Origin: Candidatus Margulisiibacteriota bacterium
GTDB lineage: Bacteria; Margulisbacteria; WOR-1; O2-12-FULL-45-9
Assembly: GCA_043816785.1 (NCBI GenBank)
Contig: JBDRHP010000025.1
Location: forward strand, 1-22,489
Length of the DNA: 22,489 nucleotides
Direction: 5' to 3'
The notes under the pieces were generated by a model, which saw nothing but the letters and a program-made list of their open reading frames with translations, did no database searches and was not told where the DNA came from. This document shows, in pieces, positions 1 through 9,100 of the stretch; within the stretch, counting starts at the first letter, position 1; every line of letters starts with the position of its first letter. The position numbers were made by a program, and so were the translations under genes.

Positions 1-1
1 A

Positions 2-310
2 AAGTCTTTGTCAGCTTTTCGCGCGCTGGCCAGGGATAAGGTTGAACTCTTGCCTGTGCTGGCCATGATAGCTAATCGCTTCCGCATCATGCTGTTGGGC
101 ATGACAGTCAAAGATAACCAGCGGGTGGCCCAGATCCTAAAGACCAGCCCTTACTACGTTAAGAAGTGCCTTGGCACAGCGGCTAAATTCACGCCGTCCG
201 AGCTGAAAGAGAATTTAACCTTGCTGCTTGAGGCTGACCTTAAAATGAAAAGCGGTGAACAGCGTCTGCCGGCCTTTGAGCTTTTGTTAGCGGCGCTTTG
301 CGGGCAATAA
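2..310 (+). CDS. holA: DNA polymerase III delta subunit, C-terminal part (5' end lies outside the window)
   Basis: Open frame from the window edge. PYYVKK...A.KF...EL...L..LLEADLKMKSG...FELLL is the typical HolA C-terminal helical signature. Confidence 0.85.
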   Translation, partial: KSLSAFRALARDKVELLPVLAMIANRFRIMLLGMTVKDNQRVAQILKTSPYYVKKCLGTAAKFTPSELKENLTLLLEADLKMKSGEQRLPAFELLLAALCGQ

Positions 311-311
311 A

Positions 312-1895
312 ATGGAAAACAAGACCAGGATAATAATCCTGTTTTCGATCTTTATTTTTCTGTTCCTGATAATTGGGTTGCGCCTGGCTGACATCCAGCT
401 GCTGCGTCACCAATTTTATCAGCAAAGATCCCAGCAGCAGCGCACCCGCCTGATCAAACTGGCTGCCCAGCGCGGTGATGTTTACGACCGGCAGGGAAAT
501 ATTCTCGCCACCTCGATCGATACCTACTCGCTTTATAAGCATAACCAGGGCTGGCTGGCCAGAAAACTTCAGCTGGCTGCGGCAGAAATAATTCGGCAAA
601 AGGATCCGCAGGGGATCAGCCTGATCAAAGAAAAGCAAAGGATCTATCCCAAGGGTAGGCTAGCGGCCCAGCTAATGGGCTTTGTGGGTGTTGATAACCA
701 AGGCTTGTCCGGGGTTGAGCTGGCCTTTGATGAATACCTGCGCGGCAAGGAGGGCAGGCTTGTTACCGAGGGTGATCCCCGCGGCCGGGAACTATACGGC
801 GCGCTGCGGGAATTGGAACAAGGTTCAGACGGCATGGACGTGACCCTGACAATTGATGAAAATATCCAATATGTGGCTGAGCGTGAGATTGAAAAACAGA
901 TCAAACAGACCCGGTCGAGCTCCGGCCTTTGTCTTGTAATGGACGCCAAGACCGGAAATATTCTGGCTTTGGCCAGCAAGCCTGATTTTGACCCTAATGC
1001 TTATCAGAAAACGGATCAACGGCTTTGGCATCTGCGGGTGCTGGACCCTTATGAGCCGGGGTCAACTTTTAAGGTTATAACCGTGGCTGCGGCCTTGGCC
1101 GAGGGAGTGGTTACTCTGCAAACCAAGCTTCAAGCCATGGACAGTATAATAATTGGTGGCAAGAAAATTACAAATTCTTTGCCAATAGACTGGACAGGTA
1201 AATGGACCACCATTTCCCAAATGCTGGAAAAGTCAATTAATACCGGATCGGTCCAGGTTGGAATAAAACTGGGGCCGGAGAAGTTTTACCGGCAGATAAA
1301 AGCTTTTGGCTTTGGCGAGCGTACTGGATTTGGCTTGTGGGGAGAGTCCAAGGGCATTGTCCGGCTCTGGCAGCGCTGGTATAAGCCGGACATCGGCATG
1401 ATCACTTTTGGCCAGAGCATTGCTGTTACCCCCTTGCAGCTGCTTTCAGCTGTCTCAACTTTTGCCAATGACGGTGTCATGGTCAGTCCGATCTTGATCA
1501 AAAGGATCGAAAGCCAGGACGGCAAGTTTGTCAAAGTATTTACTGCCAGGAAAAAACGAGTAATTTCAGAGCAAGTTGCCTCAGAGGTTAAAGATCTTAT
1601 GCGCAACGTGGTATTGAATGGCTCGGGCAAGCGGGCCGGGATCAATGGTTTTTCTGTTTGCGGCAAAACAGGGACCGCGCAAAAGGCGAATTTACGCGGC
1701 CACGGTTATTTTAAGGATCGTTTTATTGCCTCTTTTGTTGGTTTTGCGCCTTACGAAGATCCGGCAGTTGTGGCCCTGGTTATTCTTGATGATCCCAAAG
1801 GTAATATTTGGGGCGGGTCAACCTGCGGGCCGGTTTTCAAGGACGTGGTGGAGTATTCCTTGCGTTATTTGAATGCCAAACCAGATGTGTTATAA
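312..1895 (+). CDS. Class B penicillin-binding protein (FtsI/SpoVD-like transpeptidase)
   Basis: N-terminal TM helix, RGDVYDRQG, RIYPKG, GLSGVE, LTID; catalytic motifs SxxK (EPGSTFK), SxN (KSIN) and KTG (GKTGTAQK). Confidence 0.93.
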   Translation: MENKTRIIILFSIFIFLFLIIGLRLADIQLLRHQFYQQRSQQQRTRLIKLAAQRGDVYDRQGNILATSIDTYSLYKHNQGWLARKLQLAAAEIIRQKDPQGISLIKEKQRIYPKGRLAAQLMGFVGVDNQGLSGVELAFDEYLRGKEGRLVTEGDPRGRELYGALRELEQGSDGMDVTLTIDENIQYVAEREIEKQIKQTRSSSGLCLVMDAKTGNILALASKPDFDPNAYQKTDQRLWHLRVLDPYEPGSTFKVITVAAALAEGVVTLQTKLQAMDSIIIGGKKITNSLPIDWTGKWTTISQMLEKSINTGSVQVGIKLGPEKFYRQIKAFGFGERTGFGLWGESKGIVRLWQRWYKPDIGMITFGQSIAVTPLQLLSAVSTFANDGVMVSPILIKRIESQDGKFVKVFTARKKRVISEQVASEVKDLMRNVVLNGSGKRAGINGFSVCGKTGTAQKANLRGHGYFKDRFIASFVGFAPYEDPAVVALVILDDPKGNIWGGSTCGPVFKDVVEYSLRYLNAKPDVL

Positions 1896-1896
1896 T
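1869..1896 (+). promoter_or_regulatory. Putative sigma70 promoter for trpS, overlapping the PBP stop codon
   Basis: TTGAAT (1869-1874), 16 bp, TG-T-TATAAT (extended -10, 1888-1896); 13 nt upstream of the trpS ATG. Confidence 0.6.
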
Positions 1897-1909
1897 CAAT
1901 TTTAAGTCA

Positions 1910-2893
1910 ATGGGCAAAAAAAGAGTATTATCTGGGATCCAACCAACCGGACGGCTGCATTTAGGCAACCTGATCGGCGCGATTGAGAATTGGGTTAAGC
2001 TGCAGGAGAAATACGACTGCTATTTTTTTATTGCTGACCTCCACGCCCTGACCACGGCTTATGACAATACCAAGAATCTAAAAGAAGACATCAGACAGGC
2101 GGTAATTGATGTCTTATCTGCTGGCTTAGACCCCAAAAAGTGCGTTCTATTTAAGCAATCTGACCTGCCTGAGCATTCAGAGCTGCATCTGTTATTGTCC
2201 ATGGTCATCCCAGTGCCTTGGCTGGAGCGGGTGCCGACCTACAAAAGCAAGATAGCTGAATTAAAGGGTAAAGATCTGGGGACCTACGGCTTTTTGGGTT
2301 ATCCAGTACTTCAGGCCGCGGATATTTTGATCTACAAAGCAGATTATGTGCCTGTAGGCAAAGATCAGTTGCCGCACATTGAGTTGACCCGGGAGGTGGT
2401 GCGGCGCTTCAATCAATTCTATGGTAATGTCATGACCGAGCCTGAGGATCTCTTGACCGAATTTCCCGTGCTGCCCGGTCTGGACGGCCGAAAAATGAGC
2501 AAGTCTTACGGTAATACAATTGCGATTTCAGATTCGCCAGAAGTCATTAAGAAAAAAGTCAGTACTATGGTCACTGATCCTGCCAGGGTTAAGAAAGAAG
2601 ATAAGGGGCATCCAGAGGTTTGTTCGGTTTATGAGTTCTACAAAGTTTTTGCCAGGGACCGCACAGACACTGTGGCGGTTGAGTGTCGCCAAGCCCAACG
2701 GGGCTGTGTTGCCTGTAAAAAAGAATTAGCTCAAGCGCTGGTCGACTATCTGGCGCCGATCCATGCCAAACGCCAGGAATTTGAAAAGCAGCCGGAAAAA
2801 CTCGAGCAAATACTGGCCCAGGGTTCGGCAAAAGCCCGTAAGATCGCAGTTCAAACCTTGAATGAAGCTAAGCAGGCAATGGGATTAATATGA
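1910..2893 (+). CDS. trpS: Tryptophanyl-tRNA synthetase
   Basis: VLSGIQPTGRLHLGN (HIGH-type), ADLHALT, GYPVLQAADIL, VPVGKDQ, KMSKS. Start placed at ATG 1910 (MGKKRVLSG). Confidence 0.97.
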   Translation: MGKKRVLSGIQPTGRLHLGNLIGAIENWVKLQEKYDCYFFIADLHALTTAYDNTKNLKEDIRQAVIDVLSAGLDPKKCVLFKQSDLPEHSELHLLLSMVIPVPWLERVPTYKSKIAELKGKDLGTYGFLGYPVLQAADILIYKADYVPVGKDQLPHIELTREVVRRFNQFYGNVMTEPEDLLTEFPVLPGLDGRKMSKSYGNTIAISDSPEVIKKKVSTMVTDPARVKKEDKGHPEVCSVYEFYKVFARDRTDTVAVECRQAQRGCVACKKELAQALVDYLAPIHAKRQEFEKQPEKLEQILAQGSAKARKIAVQTLNEAKQAMGLI

Positions 2894-3651
2894 CAGAGGA
2901 TATCGCCTACCAGATCGCCATAGATGTTTTTACCGGTCCCTTTGATATTTTATTAAAGGCGATCGATGAAGGACAGATCAATATCCACCAGGTTTCCCTG
3001 GCCGAGATCACCTCATCATATTTTGAGTACTGGAAACGCCAGGAGCCGGATCTGGTCCTGGCTTCTGATTTTTTGATCATGGCGGCTTATTTGGTGGAGA
3101 TGAAATCAAAATCCCTTTTGCCCGCCAGGGAAGAGCTTAACCCAGAGGACATGCTGGTTGACGTTGAAGAGTCGCTGGTTTCTCACATCCAGGAGTATGA
3201 GATCTATAAGAATTTAGCCCAAACCCTGCGGCAAAGAAAAGATGTTTTTGAAAAGGTCTACGGCCGCCATGAAGGAGAGCCCCAGGAGAAAGAGATCGAG
3301 CTGGTAGATGTTTCACTCAAAGATCTGGTCCAGGCTTTTAAACGGGTTTATGATGATGCTGTTAAGCGAGAACAGATTGTGTCAATTGAGGCTGAGGAAA
3401 TTACCCTGGAAGACCGGATCATCGAAGTAAAGCGGCTGCTGGCTGGCCGCCGGGACGGTGTGCCTTTTGTTGATATTTTCATTCGCAAGACCAGGATCGA
3501 GATCGTGGTGACCTTTCTGGCGGTCCTGGAATTGGCTAAGCAGCGGGTCATCAAGATCACTCAAAGCCGGCGATTTGCGACTATATTATTATTTGCCAGG
3601 GAGGTATATGACCAGCAACATGGAAAACCAGAACCAGTCCAACAATCTTAA
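2890..3651 (+). CDS. scpA: Segregation and condensation protein A (SMC kleisin)
   Basis: FTGPFDILL, FLIMAAYLVEMKSKSLLP, IVVTFLAVLELAK; ATGA overlap with trpS; followed by scpB. Confidence 0.93.
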   Translation: MTEDIAYQIAIDVFTGPFDILLKAIDEGQINIHQVSLAEITSSYFEYWKRQEPDLVLASDFLIMAAYLVEMKSKSLLPAREELNPEDMLVDVEESLVSHIQEYEIYKNLAQTLRQRKDVFEKVYGRHEGEPQEKEIELVDVSLKDLVQAFKRVYDDAVKREQIVSIEAEEITLEDRIIEVKRLLAGRRDGVPFVDIFIRKTRIEIVVTFLAVLELAKQRVIKITQSRRFATILLFAREVYDQQHGKPEPVQQS

Positions 3652-4180
3652 AGGTATTCTCGAATCGATCCTGTTCATTGCCAGGAAACCTTTGGCCCCA
3701 AAGGATCTGGAAGAATCAGTCCAAATGCCGCGGGAGGTCATTACCGCTGCTTTAGAGGAGCTGGTTAGTGAGTATGAAGGGAAGGGCATCAACGTAGTCA
3801 AAGTTGCTGGCGGTTATTTAATGGGGACTAATCCGCTTAATGCTGATTATGTTCATACCCATCTGCATGCTAAGGTGCAAACCACCTTGACCCATCAGGC
3901 GCTGGAGGTTTTAGCGATCATCGCTTATAAGCAGCCGGTTACCCGGGCAGAAATGGAAAGGATCCGGGGAGTTAATTCCGATGGTCCGATCGATACCTTG
4001 GTGCAAAAGAAGCTGATACAGGAATTGGGCCGCAGCGAGGCTGTTGGCCGGCCTTTCCTTTATGGCACAACGACCGAATTCCTGCGCCATTTTGGCTTAA
4101 AGGACCTCACGACTCTGCCTCCGCTGCCTGTGTCTCAGGAGGAACAGGACGAGTTGTTTAAGACAGCTTTGCAGGAATGA
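3608..4180 (+). CDS. scpB: Segregation and condensation protein B
   Basis: LESILF, ALEVLAIIAYKQPVTRAEMERIRGV, GRPFLYGTTTEFLRHFGL; GGAGGT just upstream of ATG 3608. Confidence 0.95.
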   Translation: MTSNMENQNQSNNLKGILESILFIARKPLAPKDLEESVQMPREVITAALEELVSEYEGKGINVVKVAGGYLMGTNPLNADYVHTHLHAKVQTTLTHQALEVLAIIAYKQPVTRAEMERIRGVNSDGPIDTLVQKKLIQELGRSEAVGRPFLYGTTTEFLRHFGLKDLTTLPPLPVSQEEQDELFKTALQE

Positions 4181-4938
4181 GCACAACCGAAGCGCAGATC
4201 TCAGAAGTCTTTAATTCGATCCAGGGTGAAGGACTATATCTTGGAGAGCGCCAGACCTTCCTCCGCTTTGCCGGCTGCAATTTAGCCTGCCAGTATTGTG
4301 ACACACCCCAGGCCTTAACAATTCCCAAGGAATTTAAGGTTGAGATCACACCTGGCAAGAAAGATTTTAAGCAATTCACCAACCCCGCAACCATCCAGCA
4401 GCTGATCGATCTGGCCAACTCTTTTCAAAAACCCAGAGGTGTCAATCATTCGCTATGCCTGACCGGCGGAGAACCGCTGCTCCAGGTGGATTTTCTCAAG
4501 CTTTTTTTGCCGGCCTTAAAAAAGGGGCTAGATCTGCCGATCTATTTAGAAACCAATGGGGTGCTGCCAGACCATTTATTAGAAGTTATCGAGCTGGTCG
4601 ATATTATTGCTCTTGATATTAAACTGCCCAGCGCCACTGGCTTGTCTCCCTATTGGAAGGAGCACAAAAAGGCTTTGGAAACAGCTTATCTCAAAGAGGT
4701 GTTTGTGAAAATAGTTTTTACGCGCGAGTCAAAGGTTCAAGAGCTGGATGAAGCAGTTTCTTTGATCGCGCAGGTAGATGAAAAAATCCCCCTGGTATTG
4801 CAGCCGGTAACCCCGCATGGTCCGATCAAGCACCGCCCTAATCCTGATCAGATAATGGCCTTCCACAACGTGGCTAAGAGAAAATTAAAAACGGTTAAGG
4901 TAATTCCTCAGGTGCATAAAATATTTGGGGTGCTTTGA
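4177..4938 (+). CDS. queE: 7-carboxy-7-deazaguanine synthase (radical SAM)
   Basis: ISEVFNSIQGEG, FLRFAGCNLACQYCDT (CxxxCxxC), LTGGEPLLQ, YLETNG, C-terminal IPQVHK; ATGA overlap with scpB. Confidence 0.88.
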   Translation: MSTTEAQISEVFNSIQGEGLYLGERQTFLRFAGCNLACQYCDTPQALTIPKEFKVEITPGKKDFKQFTNPATIQQLIDLANSFQKPRGVNHSLCLTGGEPLLQVDFLKLFLPALKKGLDLPIYLETNGVLPDHLLEVIELVDIIALDIKLPSATGLSPYWKEHKKALETAYLKEVFVKIVFTRESKVQELDEAVSLIAQVDEKIPLVLQPVTPHGPIKHRPNPDQIMAFHNVAKRKLKTVKVIPQVHKIFGVL

Positions 4939-5739
4939 TCAGGCTTGGGCAAGCTGGTCAATGGTTTTCGTAAGCCATTTAATGGATCTTTTGTGGTGGT
5001 CGTCCAGGTCCATGTCCTGGAGAGCTGTTAGCAGCTTAAGTTTATAGCGAGCAGTGCCTAGCGTGATCTTCGTAAGCTGGGCGTACAGCCAGGTTCGGGC
5101 AGCTGGGTTGACTGCGGCTGCCGACTCCTGTTTGATCTTTTCTGAGAGCTCATGGAACTCTTTTTCGTTATCTGTAAATAACCGTTTTAAGTGGTATTCC
5201 TGAACAAGGGATTTGACCGTGCTGAGTCTTTCCTGATCTTGCTTAAGAGTGTCGTAGTCTTTGGCCGGCCTGGCTTCAGACCTTTCAGCCGCGACAACTG
5301 TTGTTGTGTTCTGGGCTTTTTCTTCTTGCTGTTTGGCGATCTCTACTTTTTGCTGCGGTGAAGAGGGCGGGACAGTTGTTGTTAGCTTGACCGGTTGGGA
5401 TGCTTCATACTCATCAGGAAGCTTATTGGTTATTGCCACGCGTTCTTGGGGATTAAATAAAGCCGAATGTTTTAACATCTTTTTGTGGACATTTTTGCGG
5501 CCTTCAAGCTCGTGGAGATTCATCTCTGGTTTAACGTCGGATTGTTCGTTCTCAACCTCAGGCGTCAGCGGCCGCTTTTTCAACACTTCCAAAAAGGTCT
5601 TGGTCTTGTCTATTTTACCGCCGCGCTCTTCGATCAGCTCGCGGTCCGTGGCGGTAAAGATAACGGCCTGGGAGCCGGCAACTGCCGCCTCCTGGCCGCC
5701 CATATTCGGGATTATTCCTGCAATAGCTTGTTCCATCAC
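4939..5739 (-). CDS. Hypothetical protein (no family recognised); low-complexity P/T/S/Q linker and helical C-terminal domain
   Basis: 266-aa ORF filling the gap exactly up to the queE stop; GAGGT 9 nt upstream of GTG 5739 (alternative ATG 5736). Confidence 0.75.
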   Translation of the reverse strand: MMEQAIAGIIPNMGGQEAAVAGSQAVIFTATDRELIEERGGKIDKTKTFLEVLKKRPLTPEVENEQSDVKPEMNLHELEGRKNVHKKMLKHSALFNPQERVAITNKLPDEYEASQPVKLTTTVPPSSPQQKVEIAKQQEEKAQNTTTVVAAERSEARPAKDYDTLKQDQERLSTVKSLVQEYHLKRLFTDNEKEFHELSEKIKQESAAAVNPAARTWLYAQLTKITLGTARYKLKLLTALQDMDLDDHHKRSIKWLTKTIDQLAQA

Positions 5740-5825
5740 GATATTAATACCTCACAAAATCAGGGTCTTACATTATATATATCGTGTTTTTTGAGTGAAA
5801 ACTTGCGTGGTTTTAGTAAATGTGC

Positions 5826-5854
5826 TTGACAAACGGGGAAGAATATAGTTAAAT
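5826..5854 (+). promoter_or_regulatory. Putative promoter for the small Cys4 gene
   Basis: Perfect TTGACA at 5826-5831; -10 ambiguous within the AT-rich TATAGTTAAAT; AAGGAGGT Shine-Dalgarno downstream. Confidence 0.4.
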
Positions 5855-5896
5855 CGCTTTTAGGCAATAAACAATTACTAGTAAAGGAGGTGTAAG

Positions 5897-6037
5897 ATGA
5901 CCACAGCATATTGCGTTAAGTGCAAGAAGAAACAGGAGATGCAGAACGCCAAAGAAGTTACCATGAAGAACGGCAGGAAAGCCAAGAAGGGTGAATGCCC
6001 AAAATGCGGGACCAAGATGTTTAGGATCGGTGGCTAA
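5897..6037 (+). CDS. 46-aa basic Cys4 zinc-ribbon protein, DUF5679-like (absent from the ORF track)
   Basis: AAGGAGGT then ATG 5897; translates MTTAYCVKCKKKQEMQNAKEVTMKNGRKAKKGECPKCGTKMFRIGG; two CxxC pairs; terminator follows. Confidence 0.9.
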   Translation: MTTAYCVKCKKKQEMQNAKEVTMKNGRKAKKGECPKCGTKMFRIGG

Positions 6038-6064
6038 GTAATTCATTTTACTTCGAAGTAAAAG

Positions 6065-6103
6065 AGACCATGAGCCGTTGTCTTGCGGCTTGTGGTCTTT
6101 TTT
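6065..6103 (+). terminator. Intrinsic terminator after the small Cys4 gene
   Basis: AGACCATGAGCCG / CGGCTTGTGGTCT stem (with G-U pairs), 8-nt loop, T-run. Confidence 0.75.
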
Positions 6104-6111
6104 GTTAAACT
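6083..6111 (+). promoter_or_regulatory. Putative dnaE promoter embedded in the terminator
   Basis: TTGCGG (6083-6088), 17 bp, TAAACT (6106-6111) with TG extension; ATG 8 nt downstream and no SD. Confidence 0.5.
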
Positions 6112-6119
6112 TAAATGCT

Positions 6120-9100
6120 ATGCCTCACACACCAGGTCTGCCGGCAGGCAGAGGAAAATTTGTTCATCTCCATTGCCATTCGGAGTTCAGTCTATTGGAC
6201 GGTGCTGGCCGCATCCCTGAGATAGTTAAAGCTGCCAAGGAGTACGGGATGCCGGCTGTGGCTTTGACAGACCATGGCAATATGCATGCCGCGGTAAAGT
6301 TCTACCAGGCAGGCAAGGCGGCTGGGATAAAGCCGATTATTGGTTGTGAAACTTACGTTGCTCCCAGAACCAGATTTGATAAGGAGACAAAAGCCGACCG
6401 TTCCCCGTATCATTTGACGCTGTTGGCCAAAGACTTAACCGGCTATCGTAATTTGCTGCAGCTTGTATCCCTGGCTTCAATTGAGGGCTTTTACTCCCGA
6501 CCTCGTATTGACCGTCAATTACTGGAAAAGTACCACGCTGGCCTGATCGTGCTTTCTGGCTGCCCTAAAGGTGAAGTGCCGTCGTTGATCGTGGCGGGCA
6601 ACTATGAGCAGGCCAAAAAAACGGCTGCCTGGCATAAGGAATTGTTGGGACAAGATTATTACCTCGAGATCCAGGACTTAGGTATGCCTGAGTTCAGCGC
6701 GTTTAATCCCCAGCTGATCCAGCTGGCCAAAGAGCTCGGGATCAAGCTGGTGGCCACTAATGATGTCCATTACGTTAGAAAAGAGGATGCCTATGCCCAG
6801 GATGTTCTTTTGTGCGTGCAGACCGGCTCTTTTCTGGATGAAGAAAAAAGAATGAAGCTGGCGACCGAGGAGTTTTACCTGAAATCACCGGCTGAGATGG
6901 CGGCGCTATTTAGTGACGTGCCTGAGGCGCTACAGAGTACGCTGGAAATCGCGGAGAAATGTTCACTGGAATTGGAGATCGGCAAGCTGCACTTGCCTAA
7001 CTTTCCTGTTCCCAAAGGAGAAACCCCTGATACTTACATGGAAAACCTGGTCTGGGATGGGATCAAGAAGAAGTACGGCGAGGCAGGGCTGGCTGTGGAA
7101 AAGACCTTGCTGCCGCCGGAAATAATCGACCGCGTCAAGTATGAGCTTTACACGATCGAAAAGATGGGGTATGCACCTTATTTCCTGATCGTCCAGGACT
7201 TTATTAATTTTGCCAGAAGCCAGGGTATCCAGGTTGGTCCGGGCAGGGGATCGGCAGCCGGCAGTATTGTTTCTTATGCGCTGGGGATTACCAATGTTGA
7301 CCCCTTAAAATACGGCCTGATCTTTGAGCGTTTTTTGAATATTGAGCGGATCTCCATGCCGGATATTGATATAGATTTCTGTTTTGAAAGACGCAACGAA
7401 GTAATTGATTATGTCTCAAAAAAGTATGGCCAGGACCATGTGGCTCAGATCGTGACCTTTGGCACGATGGCGGCACGCGGCGCGATCCGGGATGTGGGCC
7501 GGGTCCTGCGGGTGCCTTTGGCCGAGGTCGATAAGATCGCCAAACTGGTTCCTTTTGGCCCGGACATGAACCTGGATAAGGCGCTTGAATTGGTCAAAGA
7601 TCTAAGGGCACTTTATGAAAAAGATGAAACCGTAAAAAAACTGTTGGACACGGCTAAAAAATTGGAAGGCCTGTCCCGGCATGCCTCGGTCCACGCGGCC
7701 GGCGTGGTGATTTCTGAGAAGCCTTTGACGGAATACGTGCCGCTGCAAAAATTAACCGATAACGCGGTGGTGACTCAGTATCCGATGGGAGATCTGGAAA
7801 AGATCGGCTTGCTGAAAATGGATTTTCTGGGTTTGAGGAATCTGACGATGATCGCCCAGGCAACTGCTATTATTAAAAGAACCAGAGGGATAGACATTGA
7901 TATCAATAATATTCCCTTTGATGATCCAAAAACGTTTAGTCTTTTAAGCTCTGGTGAAACCATCGGGGTTTTTCAGCTGGAAAGCCGCGGCATGCGCGCC
8001 TTGATCAAGGACCTGCGGCCGGATAATTTTGAGGAGATTATTGCCTTGTTAGCCTTGTACCGGCCCGGCCCCCTGGAAAGCGGCATGGTTGAGGATTTTG
8101 TTAAGCGTAAGCATCGCCAGGTTCCGGTCAAATATCTATTGCCGGAGCTGCAGCCGATACTTAGAGAAACCCATGGGACCATTCTTTATCAGGAGCAGGT
8201 CATGGAGATCGCCAGTAAGATCGCGGGTTTCAGCATGGGCCAGGCCGATCTGCTGCGCCGCGCTATGGGCAAGAAAAAGACCAAGGAGATGCAGCTTCAG
8301 AAGGAGTTTTTTGTTGAGGGCGCGGTTAAACGCGGTGTTTCCAGACACAAGGCTACGGAATTGTTTAACCTTTGCGCCAAGTTTGCCGGTTATGGTTTTA
8401 ATAAATCTCACTCCACAGCCTATGGCGTTATTTCTTATCAAACAGCTTATCTTAAAGTAAATTATCCTAATGAGTTCATGGCCGCGGTGTTAACCTCAGT
8501 CATGGGGAACCCCGATAAGGTGACCGGCTACATCAATGAAAGTCGTCGCCTGGGCATAAAGATCCTTTCACCGGATATTAATGAGAGCTACCGCAATTTC
8601 ACGGTTACCCAGGAAGGGATTCGTTTTGGTATGTCAGCGATCAAAAATGTAGGGACGGCAGCCATTGATTCTGTCATTGAGGCCAAGAAAATCGGGGGAC
8701 ATTTTAGATCCTTAACAGATTTTTGCGAAAGAGTTGACAGCCGCTTGGTTAACAAGAAAGTCATCGAAAGTCTGATCAAATCAGGGGCTTTTGATTCTTT
8801 TGGCCAGGGCCGGGCTTATCAGCTAGGTGTTTTAGCTAAGATAATGGGCCGGGTGGCCGCGGAGCAGAAGGAAAGGGCAAATGGGCAAGAATCATTATTT
8901 GAATTTAAGACCACAGACCACAGACCACAGACCACAGATCTTAGTGAAACGGAAATCGAAGAGTTTCCGCCGGAGCAATTACTGCGCTTGGAAAAGGAGA
9001 TGCTGGGCCAGTATATCTCTTCCCATCCGCTAGAGCATGTTAAGGAGTCTTTGGAAGGGCAAACAACCACCAGGATCGCTGACGTGGCAGATATGCGGGA

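Noticed and set aside
302..314. GGGCAATAAAATG repeated at the PBP start and at 17188-17200
   Set aside because: Two copies only, constrained by start-codon context; probably chance.
4177..4938. queE as part of a 7-deazaguanine DNA-modification (dpd) system
   Set aside because: No dpdA, queC, queD or folE neighbours; it is coupled to scpB in a housekeeping operon.
5261..5829. Plus-strand ORFs 5261-5794 and 5485-5829, and the other short ORFs nested in long genes
   Set aside because: Antisense or off-frame shadows without SD or recognisable domains.
5849..6046. 65-aa minus-strand ORF in the track
   Set aside because: Shadow of the + strand Cys4 gene, which has an SD, a terminator and a recognisable motif.
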